A stretch of 43,864 nt of DNA, the filler included, from Sphacelaria rigidula (lineage: Eukaryota), in the NCBI GenBank assembly GCA_964200075.2. It is 2 parts of 2 records of this genome, joined end to end, with 100 filler letters (N's around TTAATTAATTAA, not from the genome) between each part and the next. Parts side by side here need not be neighbours in the genome. Positions count along the whole stretch, not along the records: positions 21,985 to 43,864 come from CAXNAA020000378.1; 1 more part is not named here. One strand, written 5' to 3'. This document shows, piece by piece, positions 24,484-36,325 of this stretch; within the stretch, counting starts at the first letter, position 1; every line of letters begins with the position of its first letter. The notes beneath the pieces were generated by a model. That model saw only the letters and a program-made list of their open reading frames with translations, was not told the DNA's origin and did not search any database. The position numbers were made by a program, and so were the translations under genes.

Positions 24484-24701
24484 CTCTGTCGCGATCCGGA
24501 AACACTGGGCTCTCCCTGCTGCGAAATTATGAGAGATGTCGTAGGCGCCGGACGCGAAATCCATGAACCATCGCTCAGCACTGAAGACATGGAAGACATG
24601 CGAGATCCTCCTATCGCTGCTGGAGCCACGACGAACGCGTGCCCCCAACCGGCGAAGGCACAAACCGCCAGTGCCAGCATGCCCAAGATTGATCGGAACA
24701 T
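24484..24701 (-). CDS. First exon encoding a heterokont bipartite plastid-targeting presequence
   Basis: MFRSILGMLALAVCAFAGWGHA-FVVAP: a hydrophobic signal peptide, an ASAFAP-like cleavage with F at +1, then a Ser-rich transit peptide. Strong donor ag|gtacgt at 24484/24483. Confidence 0.75.
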
Positions 24702-25317
24702 ATCAAACTATTCGCAGGTCAGAATATACTGCTCGAAAATGCTGTTCCTTTCGACTCCTGAATTAGCCTGTAGGTATCGTTTTAGATCCCCTTTATCCCC
24801 TCTGAACACCTATACGAATGCAATAGACAGCAACCACGTGCTTGTCAGGTTCTCTTTTGTGCTTGCAGAGCAATTGCAGAGCAAGGTATTCCGACGTGTT
24901 TTCGAGATCACTTAGCTACAGGTGCTACTTTTGCTTTTATACCACATTCGCCTTTTGTCAGATCCGCGGTTCAAGGATACTGTGATAATCTTTGGTAATC
25001 GGGGAACCAAGAACGCACACTTACGGGTATGACATTATCACTCCTCTGGGTGGGTATTGATGTCACCTGTTTATGCGCTGTGATTCATGCTCTTCTGTTA
25101 AATTTTAAGGGGATCAGCTGAGGATATGTTTTAGCTTCATTCCTGTGGATGTTTGGCTCTCTGATTTGTACAGCCTGAAGAGTCGACCGCGCCAGCGCGC
25201 ATCAATTTTGGGCGGGTAGTTGTGAGAAAATGGCTATAGACAACGCGTGGCATAAATTCACTGATGATGGCCTGTACGATCCTCGCACGACAGAGTCGAA
25301 CTGTGACGACTTATCAC

Positions 25318-27998
25318 ATGAACAAGTACGAGTTGCTTGGAGCCAGAAGGTCAGCATCACTGCAGGAGCTCAAGAGTAAGTACCAAACCAAAGTGCGTGA
25401 AACACATCCTGATAAGCAGGCAAGGCACGCTAACGACAACCTCAAAGCTCAGGTGGGTGTTGATGTCAGGTGCATAAGTGTCGTTCTGGCGTTCAACCAC
25501 GCTCTTCCGGTCGTCTGACTGGGAAATTAAAAGACAGCAGAGAGGCAATACAACGTATTGTAGTCACAACCATCCCTAAAATAATCCTGACTAACTTCGG
25601 TAGAGAAAAAACGAGGGAGAAGCTCTCTGCAGTCGATGTACGAGAAGCAATCGGGAGCGTGCTGTACCGTGGATGACGGTAGATATCACCCTTGTTTATC
25701 TAGAAGCAAGACCGTGCACTCCCAGTATCAAAACACATAATTCCAAGAACATGAAACTCCGTGGCTTCGGTGTCGTACTTATAGCTTTCGGAAGAATTCA
25801 ATGTTAAAAACTTGTTAAAAGACCATCACCAGTGTGCCCGTTCTGGGATGCGCTCACACCGAGGTATACCCAACCACGGGCGTGGTGCACACGCGGCCAT
25901 TTGGCTACCTCCACACTCCCTCCAGGTTGGTACACTTTTCGAGCCTCCAGAGGAATTAAACGCCTCCGGAGGGGTGCGCGACCGTCCAGAGGAGAATTTT
26001 TTGTTCCCTCCACAGGAATCGAACGCCTCCGGAGGTTTTTTCTTGCCTCCGAAGGGCCGCGCATACCCCCAAATTCCTCCGGAAGGATGCGCGACCCTCC
26101 GGGTCGATAGAGTTTGGTTCGTCTTGAGGGATGAAAGGTCTCCGGAGGCTTGCTTTCCCTCTGGAGGGCCGCGCATCGCTCCGGAAGCATTTTGGGGTGT
26201 AGCCCAATGGCCGCGTGTGTGTGATGGATGGCACGACATACTTGTAAATCTTATGTCAGCAGCTGTACCCAGAATCGACGTAGCTGCATAATGGGTAATC
26301 CGGTATCAAAAGCGGCCAGAGCTTGAGATTTGAAATAATGCTTCCATACTGGTGCATCCATGTTGGGGACAAACAACAGATTCGCGTATACCTGGACGTA
26401 TTTCCGCCAGATTCAGGTACAGTACAGTATGTACCGCTAGCTTGAAATTGTTGAATATAGTTCATCTACGAAGCATAGCCAGGAGCATGAGCGGGTTAAT
26501 TGCGGGGTATTGGATTATTCTCGCGGAACTGTAGAGAACGTTCTTTGTGTTTCGAGAAAAGATACATTCTTCCGAATTCCTTTATTTGGGGACTGTACTT
26601 GAGATCTTTCCTGGGCTGAAGTTCTTGGATCATGAGCAGTCGAGAACAGAGTAGTGCCCTACTCTCTCACCCGCCTCCCTCACCTCTCTTCACTCAATTC
26701 CTACGTGTGGATAGTAATAATAAAGACTCATAACACATCTTCATCTTCTTCCCAGTTACTGCACGAGGGCAGTACACTGTTTGAGCACACAGCACAGGGC
26801 TGTTGTCGCTGCGGCGTCATCTGATCTACCGATAATTTGAACAGAAATGCCAAGATTTTCAGCCACGTGATTAGCCAAAACCACTGCATATTCGTGGCGG
26901 AAAATGCGACAGTCTTTTCTCCAATTTCTATACCTGAGTTTCGATAAGGACCAGTGTCTGGCGGGTATTTTACCTGGATATGGAGGTTGTATTGGGCTCA
27001 AATGCAGCATATTAGCTCTTCCCACTGTAAACACATGGATAAAAAAATACTATCTCCAAACGAAACCTGACTTTTGCGTGCAGAGGTTCGGCTACCGAAT
27101 TTGCTTGCGACGGACAACACGTGTAGGAACAAACAAAATCGGGCGCAACGAGTGCCAACGATAAACAGTGGTGCACGCGAACGCCGTAGAAAAGTCGTGT
27201 ACGTGGAGCTGTCGTTTTCCCTTGCTCTTGTTTTTTCGCGCACGTTGGTCCGCAACACGAAGCCTTCAGCTCATCACGAGGTACCTGTACGACAGTTTAT
27301 CGAATTCGAAAGACTACCGAAAGCCGCAACTATTGAACGACAAAGCCACAGTGAACCGCGATTGATGGTTCACAGAGCATCACAGCAGATACACCACCGA
27401 CTTGCGAGTGCACTAGATTTTATGTAGATCCACGCTCGGTCAACTGTACGTTGGTGTGCGCAGGCTGCCAAAGAATTTCTGCTGATCCAAGAGGCCTGGG
27501 AAGTATTGCGGGACGTCGAGCTCCGGCGGGAGTACGACAGCCGATTGGATGCTCAACAAGCCCATGTCGTTGTGTCAGATGAGGTGCGTGTCATACCCTG
27601 AAGTCGGCAAATAATTCCAATATGAGTGAAGTTACACTGCTTCTCGCGGTCTAACGAGTCGATATAGAGAGCTTGTTGGGTAGCTCGCACAAACCCTTCA
27701 AACACATCTCTGACGGATGTTGCCGTTGCTGCAGGTAAACACGGAGGACATGGAGTTTGACGAAGCTGACGAAGGCTCCTATTCGCACGAGTGCCGCTGC
27801 GGCGAAGCGTACGTCGTCACTCCTGCCGAGTTGCGTGAAGGATTCGACGTGGTCGGCTGTCTGGGCTGCAGCTTGTACATACGAGTGATCGGCCCGTCAG
27901 CAGACGATTCCAAATCCAAACGCGAAGGAGCGCGACAGTGCGAATCAGGTGACGGAGATACCGCCGGGCCGTCGGCCATCGCTGGGCGGCTCACCTAG
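25318..27998 (+). CDS. DPH4: Diphthamide biosynthesis protein 4 (J domain + CSL zinc finger), ~172 aa
   Basis: Exons 25318-25452, 27464-27583 and 27735-27998, all phase 0. J domain YELLG..ELKSKY..HPDK..EFLLIQEAWEVLRDVELRREYD. CSL finger YSHECRCG..VVGCLGCSLYIRV. An upstream in-frame ATG at 25264 is possible. Confidence 0.92.
25888..26219. mobile_element. MITE with CAC termini (CACTA/CMC-like, non-autonomous) in DPH4 intron 1
   Basis: 21 bp TIRs CACACGCGGCCATT(T/G)GGCTAC at 25888-25908 and 26199-26219, flanked by TG on both sides. About 10 internal copies of a CCTCCGGAGG-like palindrome. Confidence 0.75.
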
Positions 27999-28151
27999 TC
28001 AGGAGCCACTCCAAACGACGAATACAGCGCCTTTTGTACGAATATCTGTTTGTATCATTTCTCGTCAAGGGGCGAGGGCACGTGCGAAACATTGGGAGTT
28101 CCTCGCGCTAGAGCCCCGTGCTGCATAGCTGGCAAGCAAAAGACAAGAATA

Positions 28152-31100
28152 ATGTGCGTACGGATGGCCAGAAGAGCGCCAGTGGGTTTGGCAACTGTAT
28201 TTGTGGTATTTACCGTCGTCCTGACCCCCTGGTTGGTCAGTGGTAGCTGGAGTTTGAGGGCACCGCTGCCTAAGGTTGGATTCTGCGCACACCCGCTCCT
28301 TCGCGGGACAGTGAGATGCAACACTAAGAACGCGCTATCAGTTAAGCGGGACAAGCGCCTCGGGCGGTGCAGGGAGGCGACCATCGGAGAGCCGCACGAC
28401 TGCCAAACGCCTGGCGCTGACGCATCGTTGTTCGATCATGATGCGCAATACGCAAAGGAAGATATGGAATTAGAGAAGTTAGAGGCATGGCTTGACGGCA
28501 TCGGAGTGGATCGTGGCGGTGGTGCTCGGTCAGAAAGAAACTCCGTATCTGTGAGGCTGGGGCGTTTTCCGGGGATGGGGATAGGTCTGGAATGCACACG
28601 GGAGCTAGAGCGAGATTCCACGGTGAGATGTGTTGCTAGAACCGGGACACAAAACATTGTTGGAGCACTCGGGCAGTTGGGCAACGCGCTAGCTCGTGTG
28701 ATTATAGGTGTTGCGGTCGCACGAAGACCTTCTGGCAGAGAGTAGTACACCACATAAGTGCATGGCGTGAATGGTAGCTGAAGCGAAATAGCAATACAAG
28801 TAGTTGGTCCCCATCTGTTTAGTTCACCGATGGTAGGGTGTATGTTTCAGTATGTAGCACTGGACGTTTGGTGAACTCCTCCACATCGGGTCATGTTTTT
28901 CGTGCGCAGACTATTCTCTTCATGAATTTAACCCGCCCCATTCCTCGGAATGAGCCCCGTGTTCTCAAGGAATCAACCCGTCTCTCCCCCTGTGTTCACG
29001 TTGAAAAAAGCGATTCGACGATTGGATTAGCAACCCCGCTTCCTGTCGACTTTCATCGAGGGTTCTTGACTCTTGACTGACGTCCTCACGTTTTTCACAA
29101 CGAAAACTAGTTGGATGAATCAGTGTTGCAGATGTTTTAGTTCACTACTCCTTCCGAAGTTATCGGTGGTGTACCTCTTCGACCACCGAGGTGCCGCTAC
29201 TGCATTTCGCGTATCCCTTGCGTTGTACGCATTGTTGTGAAGCAGTATTTCCGTGCGCACCGGAGATCTCCTTCGTCGTGTGCGGAGCATACCTTCACAG
29301 CGTACATTATGCATCCCGTACGCAACCATTTACTTTCTGCAACACCGGTACTTGATCTCTTCCGACAGGTGGCCAGCATCCCCCGTCGCGTGTGCTTGTC
29401 ATCGCATCCTGCGGATGCCCCCGCCGGAACCCTGAGGGCATGGGCACACTCCCTCCTCGGCGCCGTATCACCGCCACCTCCGACACGCGACCGCAACGGC
29501 GGAAAGCCCGTCACGATGGAGCACGACGTGATGGTGGTCACGTTGCAGTTGTTTCTTGAGCACGCTGCGGGCAGCCGCTCTGCGCTTTCACCTTGGGTAG
29601 CCATGATACCGCTGGAGAATGACAATCTCAATCTGCCGGCACTGTGGCCGGCAGGTGACCGAGCGGTCCTACGGGGCACCGTCGTGCTACGAGACACTGA
29701 GGAGTGTCTCGCGCGCGCTGTGCTAGAGCGAAACTGGGCTGCCGAGGCCATCGCTTATGGGCTTGAACACGCACGGGAGGGAGTGGACGGAAGTACTGTG
29801 AAAAAGGGCGGTGAGGCGGACAGCGTCATTCGAACCTGGTGCAGCCCTGGCTGTAAGGATATGCAGGGTCGGCCCGGGCTGGCGGAGTGGGTGTGCGTGC
29901 GATCTGCCGTGCAGTCTCGAGCATATCGTGTTGGAGGGAGGTGCGTTTATGATTACTTTGGTCGCGTGCAGAGTTAATAGCATGTGAGAGCCTACAGTTG
30001 TCTGGGATCATTTAGCAGATGATATTCTATCTACGACTTCGCCCCAATGTTTCACATGAGCAAATGTGCAGCGCGGTTGCCTTGCGAACGGCGGAAAATA
30101 AGTCGTTAGGGCCGGAAATCACGGGTTCTAATCCCGACGGAACAGTTATTTTCGTGGCGTAATCTGGTTCAATGGTTGAAACCTTGATGGCGGAAATAAC
30201 GACGCAAAATTCGGGTCGAGACGACGCTGAGCGGAAGCGCTGATCCAATCCCACTCGTCCTGACCCGTGCCTACTCATTCCGAGGAATAGGATGGGTTGA
30301 AATTATGAACAAGAGAATGGAAAAAAGGAGATGGCGTGAGAAAAGCAGGCAGTCCAGAAGACGGGTAAACCTTGATCATATGACTGCCTGAAGCAAGCAA
30401 TCAACGCGAGGATGTATGTTTTAGGGTTCGGCCGTGCCTCGTGGTGCTACTTCGCTGCGGCTACCGCAAGCGCACGAAACCATCCAACCCCGCACCGCGC
30501 CTCAGCTAACGAATCATGTAGGAAGTGCTCCAGTGACCTCCATGTTGCTTGGTTGCTGCTGGCATGAGTTGATGCGCATGGGCAGGTTGAAAAAAAAAAA
30601 GCTGCATTGAGCCTCTACTGACTGACCTGACTCGGCTGCCCACGCACGTTGGATAAAACTCCGAACAACTGCATCAAGCCATCACTATTCCATTGCTTAA
30701 CAGGCCCGACTGCAGCAGCTCTCGGATTGAATAGCAGTACACGCGACGCCATGTGTGAAAGAGCAGAAAAGATACGGTGCATGGATGCGGACAGTAGGTA
30801 ACCTATGATTCCGCTGTCTCTTGACCTATGTCCTCCTTGACACCTTTACTGTACGTGAGCCACTAGCGGTGCTGGGGAGCACTGCACAGGACAATCTCGC
30901 TTACATATATGTGTTTTCACCTCACTTGCATCGTACCTTCAGCGCCTGTGTGTTATTCGCGTGAACCGTTACTTATTAATATCTGAAAAGATCAAAGTTT
31001 TGAGTGAATTTTTCGTGCACGTGGAAGGCCAAAAATGGACACCCACTACATCCACAAACACACACGCGCACGTATAAACACAGCTTCTGCCCTTGAACTT

Positions 31101-34039
31101 ATATATATTGGAAACATGTGACAGTGTCCCCGCGCAACGCTAAAATATAGTCGTGTCTCACTGGCAAAAGTTGTGCGGAATTGTGTTTGTTGGGGCCAAA
31201 ATACGTGCAGCTCTAGATTGAAAAGAGAACGCTTTGCTTACTGAATTAGCGGAGAGGATGCACACACCCAATGCCTGCTGTTAGCTTCTTGTCACTCTGA
31301 GGTACCACATCCTCTTATCCTTGGAGTAAAATCGGTCATGTTTACATGGGCCCTTGACCGTGTCCAATGCCTCGGACAAGAACGTTTTTTGAGTTGACGC
31401 CTTTTGTTTCTCTTGTTTGCACACTACCCTACTTGGACGAACAGCCGAAATAACATTCAGCCCGAAAATGGCTGTATTTATCAGTTATGACGAGGGGGGG
31501 GGGGCGTACTCATTTGTTGCTTGCCTTAGTCGTTTGACCATTGACCATGCATCCCTTTCGAGACAGAGCAATGACGAGTGGGGGGGGGGGCGTGAGAAAG
31601 AAATAAGGAAGTCGTCCTCGCCGTCACTGGAACTTGATGCTATGTAGTCCTAGGCCTTAGCAAAGACCTCAAAATTTGGTCAATATCATACTAGAAGATC
31701 CCAACTATGAATTCCGTTTTTTTGCCTCATCCTCTGAGCATCTCCATAACTTCATCATAACTTCATTTTTCCGGGTAAGCCAAGTAAAACATCGTAGACA
31801 CCTACCTCCGTCCAGGAGATGTCATCTGGACCCCATTGCTGACTGTACCCATGGGACAGAGAAAGTTTAAGTTTGTCTTTTGTCGGTTTGCACACCCTAA
31901 CTGCGCACAGTCAACCAGCCGTTTTTTTGGATTCTTGAGGTGGGCGTACGATGAACAAAACGTTGCCACCTCTTCGCTGACGATCACGGTAAGAGGAATT
32001 TGGATACCAAGCGTGGAATATATTTGGCTTGCGCCTGCTTTTAGAGTTACTGTCACGGGTAACCAATTCGGATAATATTCCACACCTTGCGATAATATGT
32101 ATACGATATGACAATATATATATCGCACTGATTCTATCTGGCAGTTGAACGTAAATATGGTGTTCCCACCTTGAACAACCCTTTTTCGGAGCAGGTGAAA
32201 TGCGAAGATCCCCGCGCAAAGTATCCTGTCGCCGTCAACTGCGTGAACAGCTGTCGAGCAATCATGACACCGACTCCTACGTGGACTGCTTCCATGAAAA
32301 ACATCTGGCCGATACGCACTTGTTGTCTCGTTTATAACATCAACAACCCCAATATTCCTCCACGCGTAGTTTTGCCCTCCATGTTTTGTGTCACAAAGGT
32401 ATGTGCTGATTCCGCTGGTGGATTTCGCCAACCACGACGACAAGGTGGCGTATGCGGTGTCTCCGGGCGACGGTGTGTTCACCGGAACCGATGAGGTGAA
32501 GAGCAGCAAATGATATTTTGCGTCGAGCGTCATGCGTGGCTCTGTGTGACTTGAGCATGGGCGTCGCCGTGAGTCGGAGCAAAATCCTGTGCCCAAGTAT
32601 AATGGATGCGTTGCTCGTGTTTTTGGCGGAAGGAGGGAAATGTGCGCCTAATGGAAATGGAGGTACCGAAGCCAAAATTTCCATGAGCTGGGCCATAGTA
32701 CGGACGTAAAAGCTCATTCTCCGTCTCGTAGAAGAGCAGTCTACTACACCCAATGGTCAAGTGTGAGGGTAAAAGGCGCGCAAGAGAGGAGCCGCAAGTA
32801 CGCACTCTGCCCACCTGTGCCACATCAGACTGCGTAGTGGATTCCTCACTTTTACATTTTTTTACGTTTGTCCAGGTGGTGTTATCGGCGGATCGGGCCT
32901 ACCGGTTGGGCGAACAAGTGTGGACCAGCTACGGAAGCATGGACAACGCGAAACGCCTCTTTTCCTTCGGGTTTGTTACTTTGACACTCTCCACAACCCC
33001 AAGGCGATCGCCAAATGCTGCGGAGCGATCGACGATCTGCGAGAAGTCGGGAGCTGACAAGCGGTCATCCGCGAAGCATGCTTCCAACAGCACGTGTCGA
33101 CCGTCGACGTCGATTGGAGGTTCGACTGTGTACGACGAGCCACTCTTCGTGCCAACTGAAGCATACTGCGACATTGCACTGCCTGTACGACGTGATGACC
33201 CCTTATGCAGGCTTAAAACCAAGGCATTGCAAGTCTTTTCGAGAAAGCGTGGAGATTATGACATAGGGTACATTTGTGCAGTTTTTCGTTTGAACAGGAT
33301 TTCACACGGCCCGTCCTTTTTACAGCGATTCGTACATCAGCACGCCCGGCCTTTCTTAGAGTCGGCATTACCGTTGCTTCGTCTCGTTACTCTGACTCCC
33401 GAGGACATGATGGACAGTGATATGGCCGATATCTGTAGAGTTGGGAAGTTTTCGGCGAAGCCCTCACAGGTTACTGGATCATATTCTGTCTGTAGCCAGA
33501 GCTCCGTAGAACCAGGATGCAACTTTTCAAACCGACCAATTGCAGACGTGAATGAACACGTTCCGCCAGAAATTGTTGAGTCTCACTGTGTTTCTGAAGT
33601 GGAGTCACGGGTTCTCCCGAGGACAGCAGAGAGGAATGAGAAGATATCATCCCAGCTGTTGGCGCGATTAGAACATCCCATTTCTGCTGACAACGAAAGG
33701 CGAGCTGTGCGGCTTCTCCAAGAGCAGTGTTCCGACCATCTGAAGGCAATCGGTCTTGATTTTTCCGACGTTGACGCCTTGGTGAGAGTGGCGCGAGAGG
33801 TTGACCAGGGGCGAGGGGGCGGTGGGGACGATGGTCACGAAATGGCCGTTACACAGCCAAGGAGGGTGCTTTGTGCTGCTGTGAGGGTGGCAGAAACGAT
33901 CGGTTGGGGTGCGATGCTTCATGCTTGCGGGCAGGGTGATGGTGTGTGCATGGATTCGGGCGCGGACTGTTTCGATGGGCATCAAACTTTGGAAGACTGG
34001 CTGCAGCACTTATGCGAAGGAACCAAAGTTTGTGGATAA
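28152..34039 (+). CDS. SET-domain protein lysine methyltransferase (Rubisco LSMT/SETD3-like class), probably plastid-targeted, ~767 aa
   Basis: Exons 28152-28622, 29369-29940, 32399-32495 (absent from the ORF track) and 32876-34039 sum to 2304 nt in frame. Motifs GMGIGL, SIPRRVCL, SPWVAMIP, VQSRAY, YVLIPLVDFANH, GEQVWTSYG..NAKRLFSFGF, and C-terminal ISADNERRA. Hydrophobic N-terminal signal peptide. Confidence 0.88.
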
Positions 34040-34816
34040 TAAACGTGGCACGGTCCGGTCAACAGTGATTATTGGTCATCCTGCAGACCCGACTCGCCAA
34101 CACGAGACCGAGGGCAAGACACTGCACTCGAAGTGGAACCACCGGCGATTCATAAATTATATATTCCCGCAGTGTCCTGGTGAACAAGAACAACAAAGTT
34201 GACCCCTCGCTACATTTCTTCCAAGCCGCGACACATGCAAGCGATGTAAGCCCATACGCAACGCATCCAGACTAGGTCCCTTAGGAACGTGGCAGCTCGC
34301 GAAAAAGCTCTCTTGTGCGTACCGTTTGATATCTGGGGCCTCGAGCTCTGATTGTACCGTGTCGAGACGTTGTTCACCTGTGACTCGTGCTTCTCTGACT
34401 GGTGCTCAACCCAAAACATCGGCAGAGGACGAGAGGCCTAGTGGCAACCGACCAAAATGTAGCACTTTCTCTGCTCTTGTGTTGTCCATAGCGTACCCAG
34501 TGACGGATGTAGCTGCCCATAATATTGCACTGTTCAAGACATGGTGTTATGGAAAGCTCAGGTCTTCCATGATGGAAATGACGTAATTTGAGTACAAGAT
34601 CTCCATGCATTTCTTCGCGTGAAGATCTCAGCGGGGGGAAATCTGTCGTGAAATCTCCGGCCTCCTTCTCCTTGTTTTTTGCTGGTTATGTCCCCCCACC
34701 CGTCCACACAACACAACAACGAAAAACATCAAGCAGCGGGGAAGACAAGGGGAACCGAGCTAAACCCACGAGTGAGTGATCCAACGAAGGGAAAGTCGAG
34801 GCGAAGTCTACAAATA

Positions 34817-36325
34817 CAGGCTGGTCCAGTGTGAGTGCCCAGAATTTATTTCCCACTGGGTACAGAACGCAAAACTAACCCCATAGGAACATATTCAGTA
34901 TCATAGTGACCCGAGCAAGCGAACAACAGTGTGACACAGCCAGAATTTTCCTTGTGTCCTTTGCCGTGGCCCTATTAGGCCGCTCCTTATAACCGACAAA
35001 AATAAAAATCTGGAAAAAGTGCCTTTTTGGAGCTTGTACGTGGTTTCACGCCTCCGAAGAGAGCTAGGCGGAGTTTGACACCTTGGGATGACTTGCTCTG
35101 CTAGCTGAGGCGGTTCCAGGACATCTTCCCGTTTTACGATTGCCGCAGTTTTCATTTTGGCCAAACAAGATTGTTTGTCGAAGATCGGTAATAAACAGCC
35201 AAGTCCCGAGGAAAAGTGAACACCTGTCCTGTCCTTGTCCTGGAACCGCCTCAGCTAGCAGAGCAAGTCATCCCAAGGTGTCAAACTCCGCCTAGCTCTC
35301 TTCGGGGGCGTGAAACGACATACAAGCTCCAAAAAGGCACTTTTTCCAGATTTTTATTTTTGTCGGTTATAAGGAGCGGCTTTAATGGTGGTGAAAATCT
35401 TTCTAGATCAATCAGGGGCCTTCCTTTGTTCTGAAATAAAAAATGCAATTTTCCCGACATAATTTCTACCCAATCTCATCATAAATCAAATATTAGTAAG
35501 CGGCATCAGCAACGGAATAGAACGCGAAAACATATTTGAAAACGGGTTGAGTAGCATCGAGTCATACTTTACTCGAAACAATGATATTTTGCTCAGGTTG
35601 GGTTTTAGTGTCGGATTTCCACTGATAATATGCATCAAAGACCTAGGAAGCCTCATGACCATTTCTCTTATACCTGTCACAGAAGTCTCCAATCATCCTC
35701 AAGCTTGGCAGTTTGGAAGTCATGAGTATTCCAAATGGGTAAAAAAATCGTTGAAGAACATTTCAGAGTGTATCCGCTCTCTAGCAGCTTCCGGGGTCCC
35801 CGTGTTGAGACCCCAAGAACCCGGTACATAATGCCTCGAAATAAAGGAGAAAAAATTGTCGTCCCGAGGTAGTCCACGCGAATTTTGTACTTAGTTTCGT
35901 TGCGTAGCCCGAAAAAATGATCCCAAGCGGTCGATGCAAACTTGAACGCACAAGAAAAAGGAAGGTTCGATACTAACATCTAGTCATTAGGGTGTTCAGC
36001 AGATTCTAGATCCAACCCACATAAAGGGCAATTTCTCACGCGGCTTTTTAGAGTTAGACCCCGAATTTTTGCATAATGTATGATGGCGTATTGCGAAACG
36101 TTCAATTGTTGGTGATTTTTTTTATTTCGCCAGATATCGGGGGTCCCACCAGACCATATGTCATATGGCCCCCGGGACCCCGAATACCTGGCAAAAGAAA
36201 AAAATCACCAAATGCATTCGCAGTATCCCAGAGTATGCGTGTGCAAAATTTCAGGGTCTTAACCCCAAACAACCGCGTGAGAAATCGCACGGAAATCTTT
36301 TGGGCCTTCACCCTGAACCATCCTG
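34817..36325. mobile_element. Non-autonomous TA-flanked DNA transposon (Tc1/mariner-like), 1509 bp
   Basis: TA|CAGGCTGGTCCAGTGTGAGTGCCCAGAA at the left end versus the reverse complement TA|CAGGATGGTTCAGGGTGAAGGCCCAAAA at the right end. TA at 34815-34816 and 36326-36327. No transposase ORF. Confidence 0.7.
34979..35380. repeat. Near-perfect long inverted repeat (145 bp arms, 112 bp spacer)
   Basis: 34979-35123 is the reverse complement of 35236-35380 with 3 mismatches by eye. The ORF track shows the same peptide on opposite strands. Confidence 0.95.

Larger units (their letters stand above)
22270..24701 (-). pseudogene. Possible decayed plastid-targeted 2Fe-2S ferredoxin-like gene
   Basis: The best acceptor (24310, with ctgat/ctaat branch sites) gives RSMQCYSVQ*TYE with an in-frame TGA at 24285-24283. 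Collinear fragments LNMPYSFQR (24036-24010), VLYCSYTVRQRG (23518-23483) and DEEAVYRQ (22384-22361) resemble ferredoxin LPYSCR, LxCxxY and EVY segments. No intact CX4CX2C was found. Confidence 0.35.

Noticed and set aside
25930..26190. Spaced palindromic repeats as a CRISPR-like array
   Set aside because: Repeats are only ~10 bp, variable and irregularly spaced, enclosed by TIRs, in a eukaryotic intron with no cas genes.
30070..30145. tRNA/SINE from B-box-like GGTTCTAATCC (also GGTTCGAATC at 40641-40650)
   Set aside because: No matching A box or cloverleaf upstream.
31802..32596. 264-aa minus-strand ORF inside the SET gene, considered as a nested gene or viral/TE protease
   Set aside because: It is antisense to the real SET exon 32399-32495 and has no recognisable domain or convincing catalytic motif.
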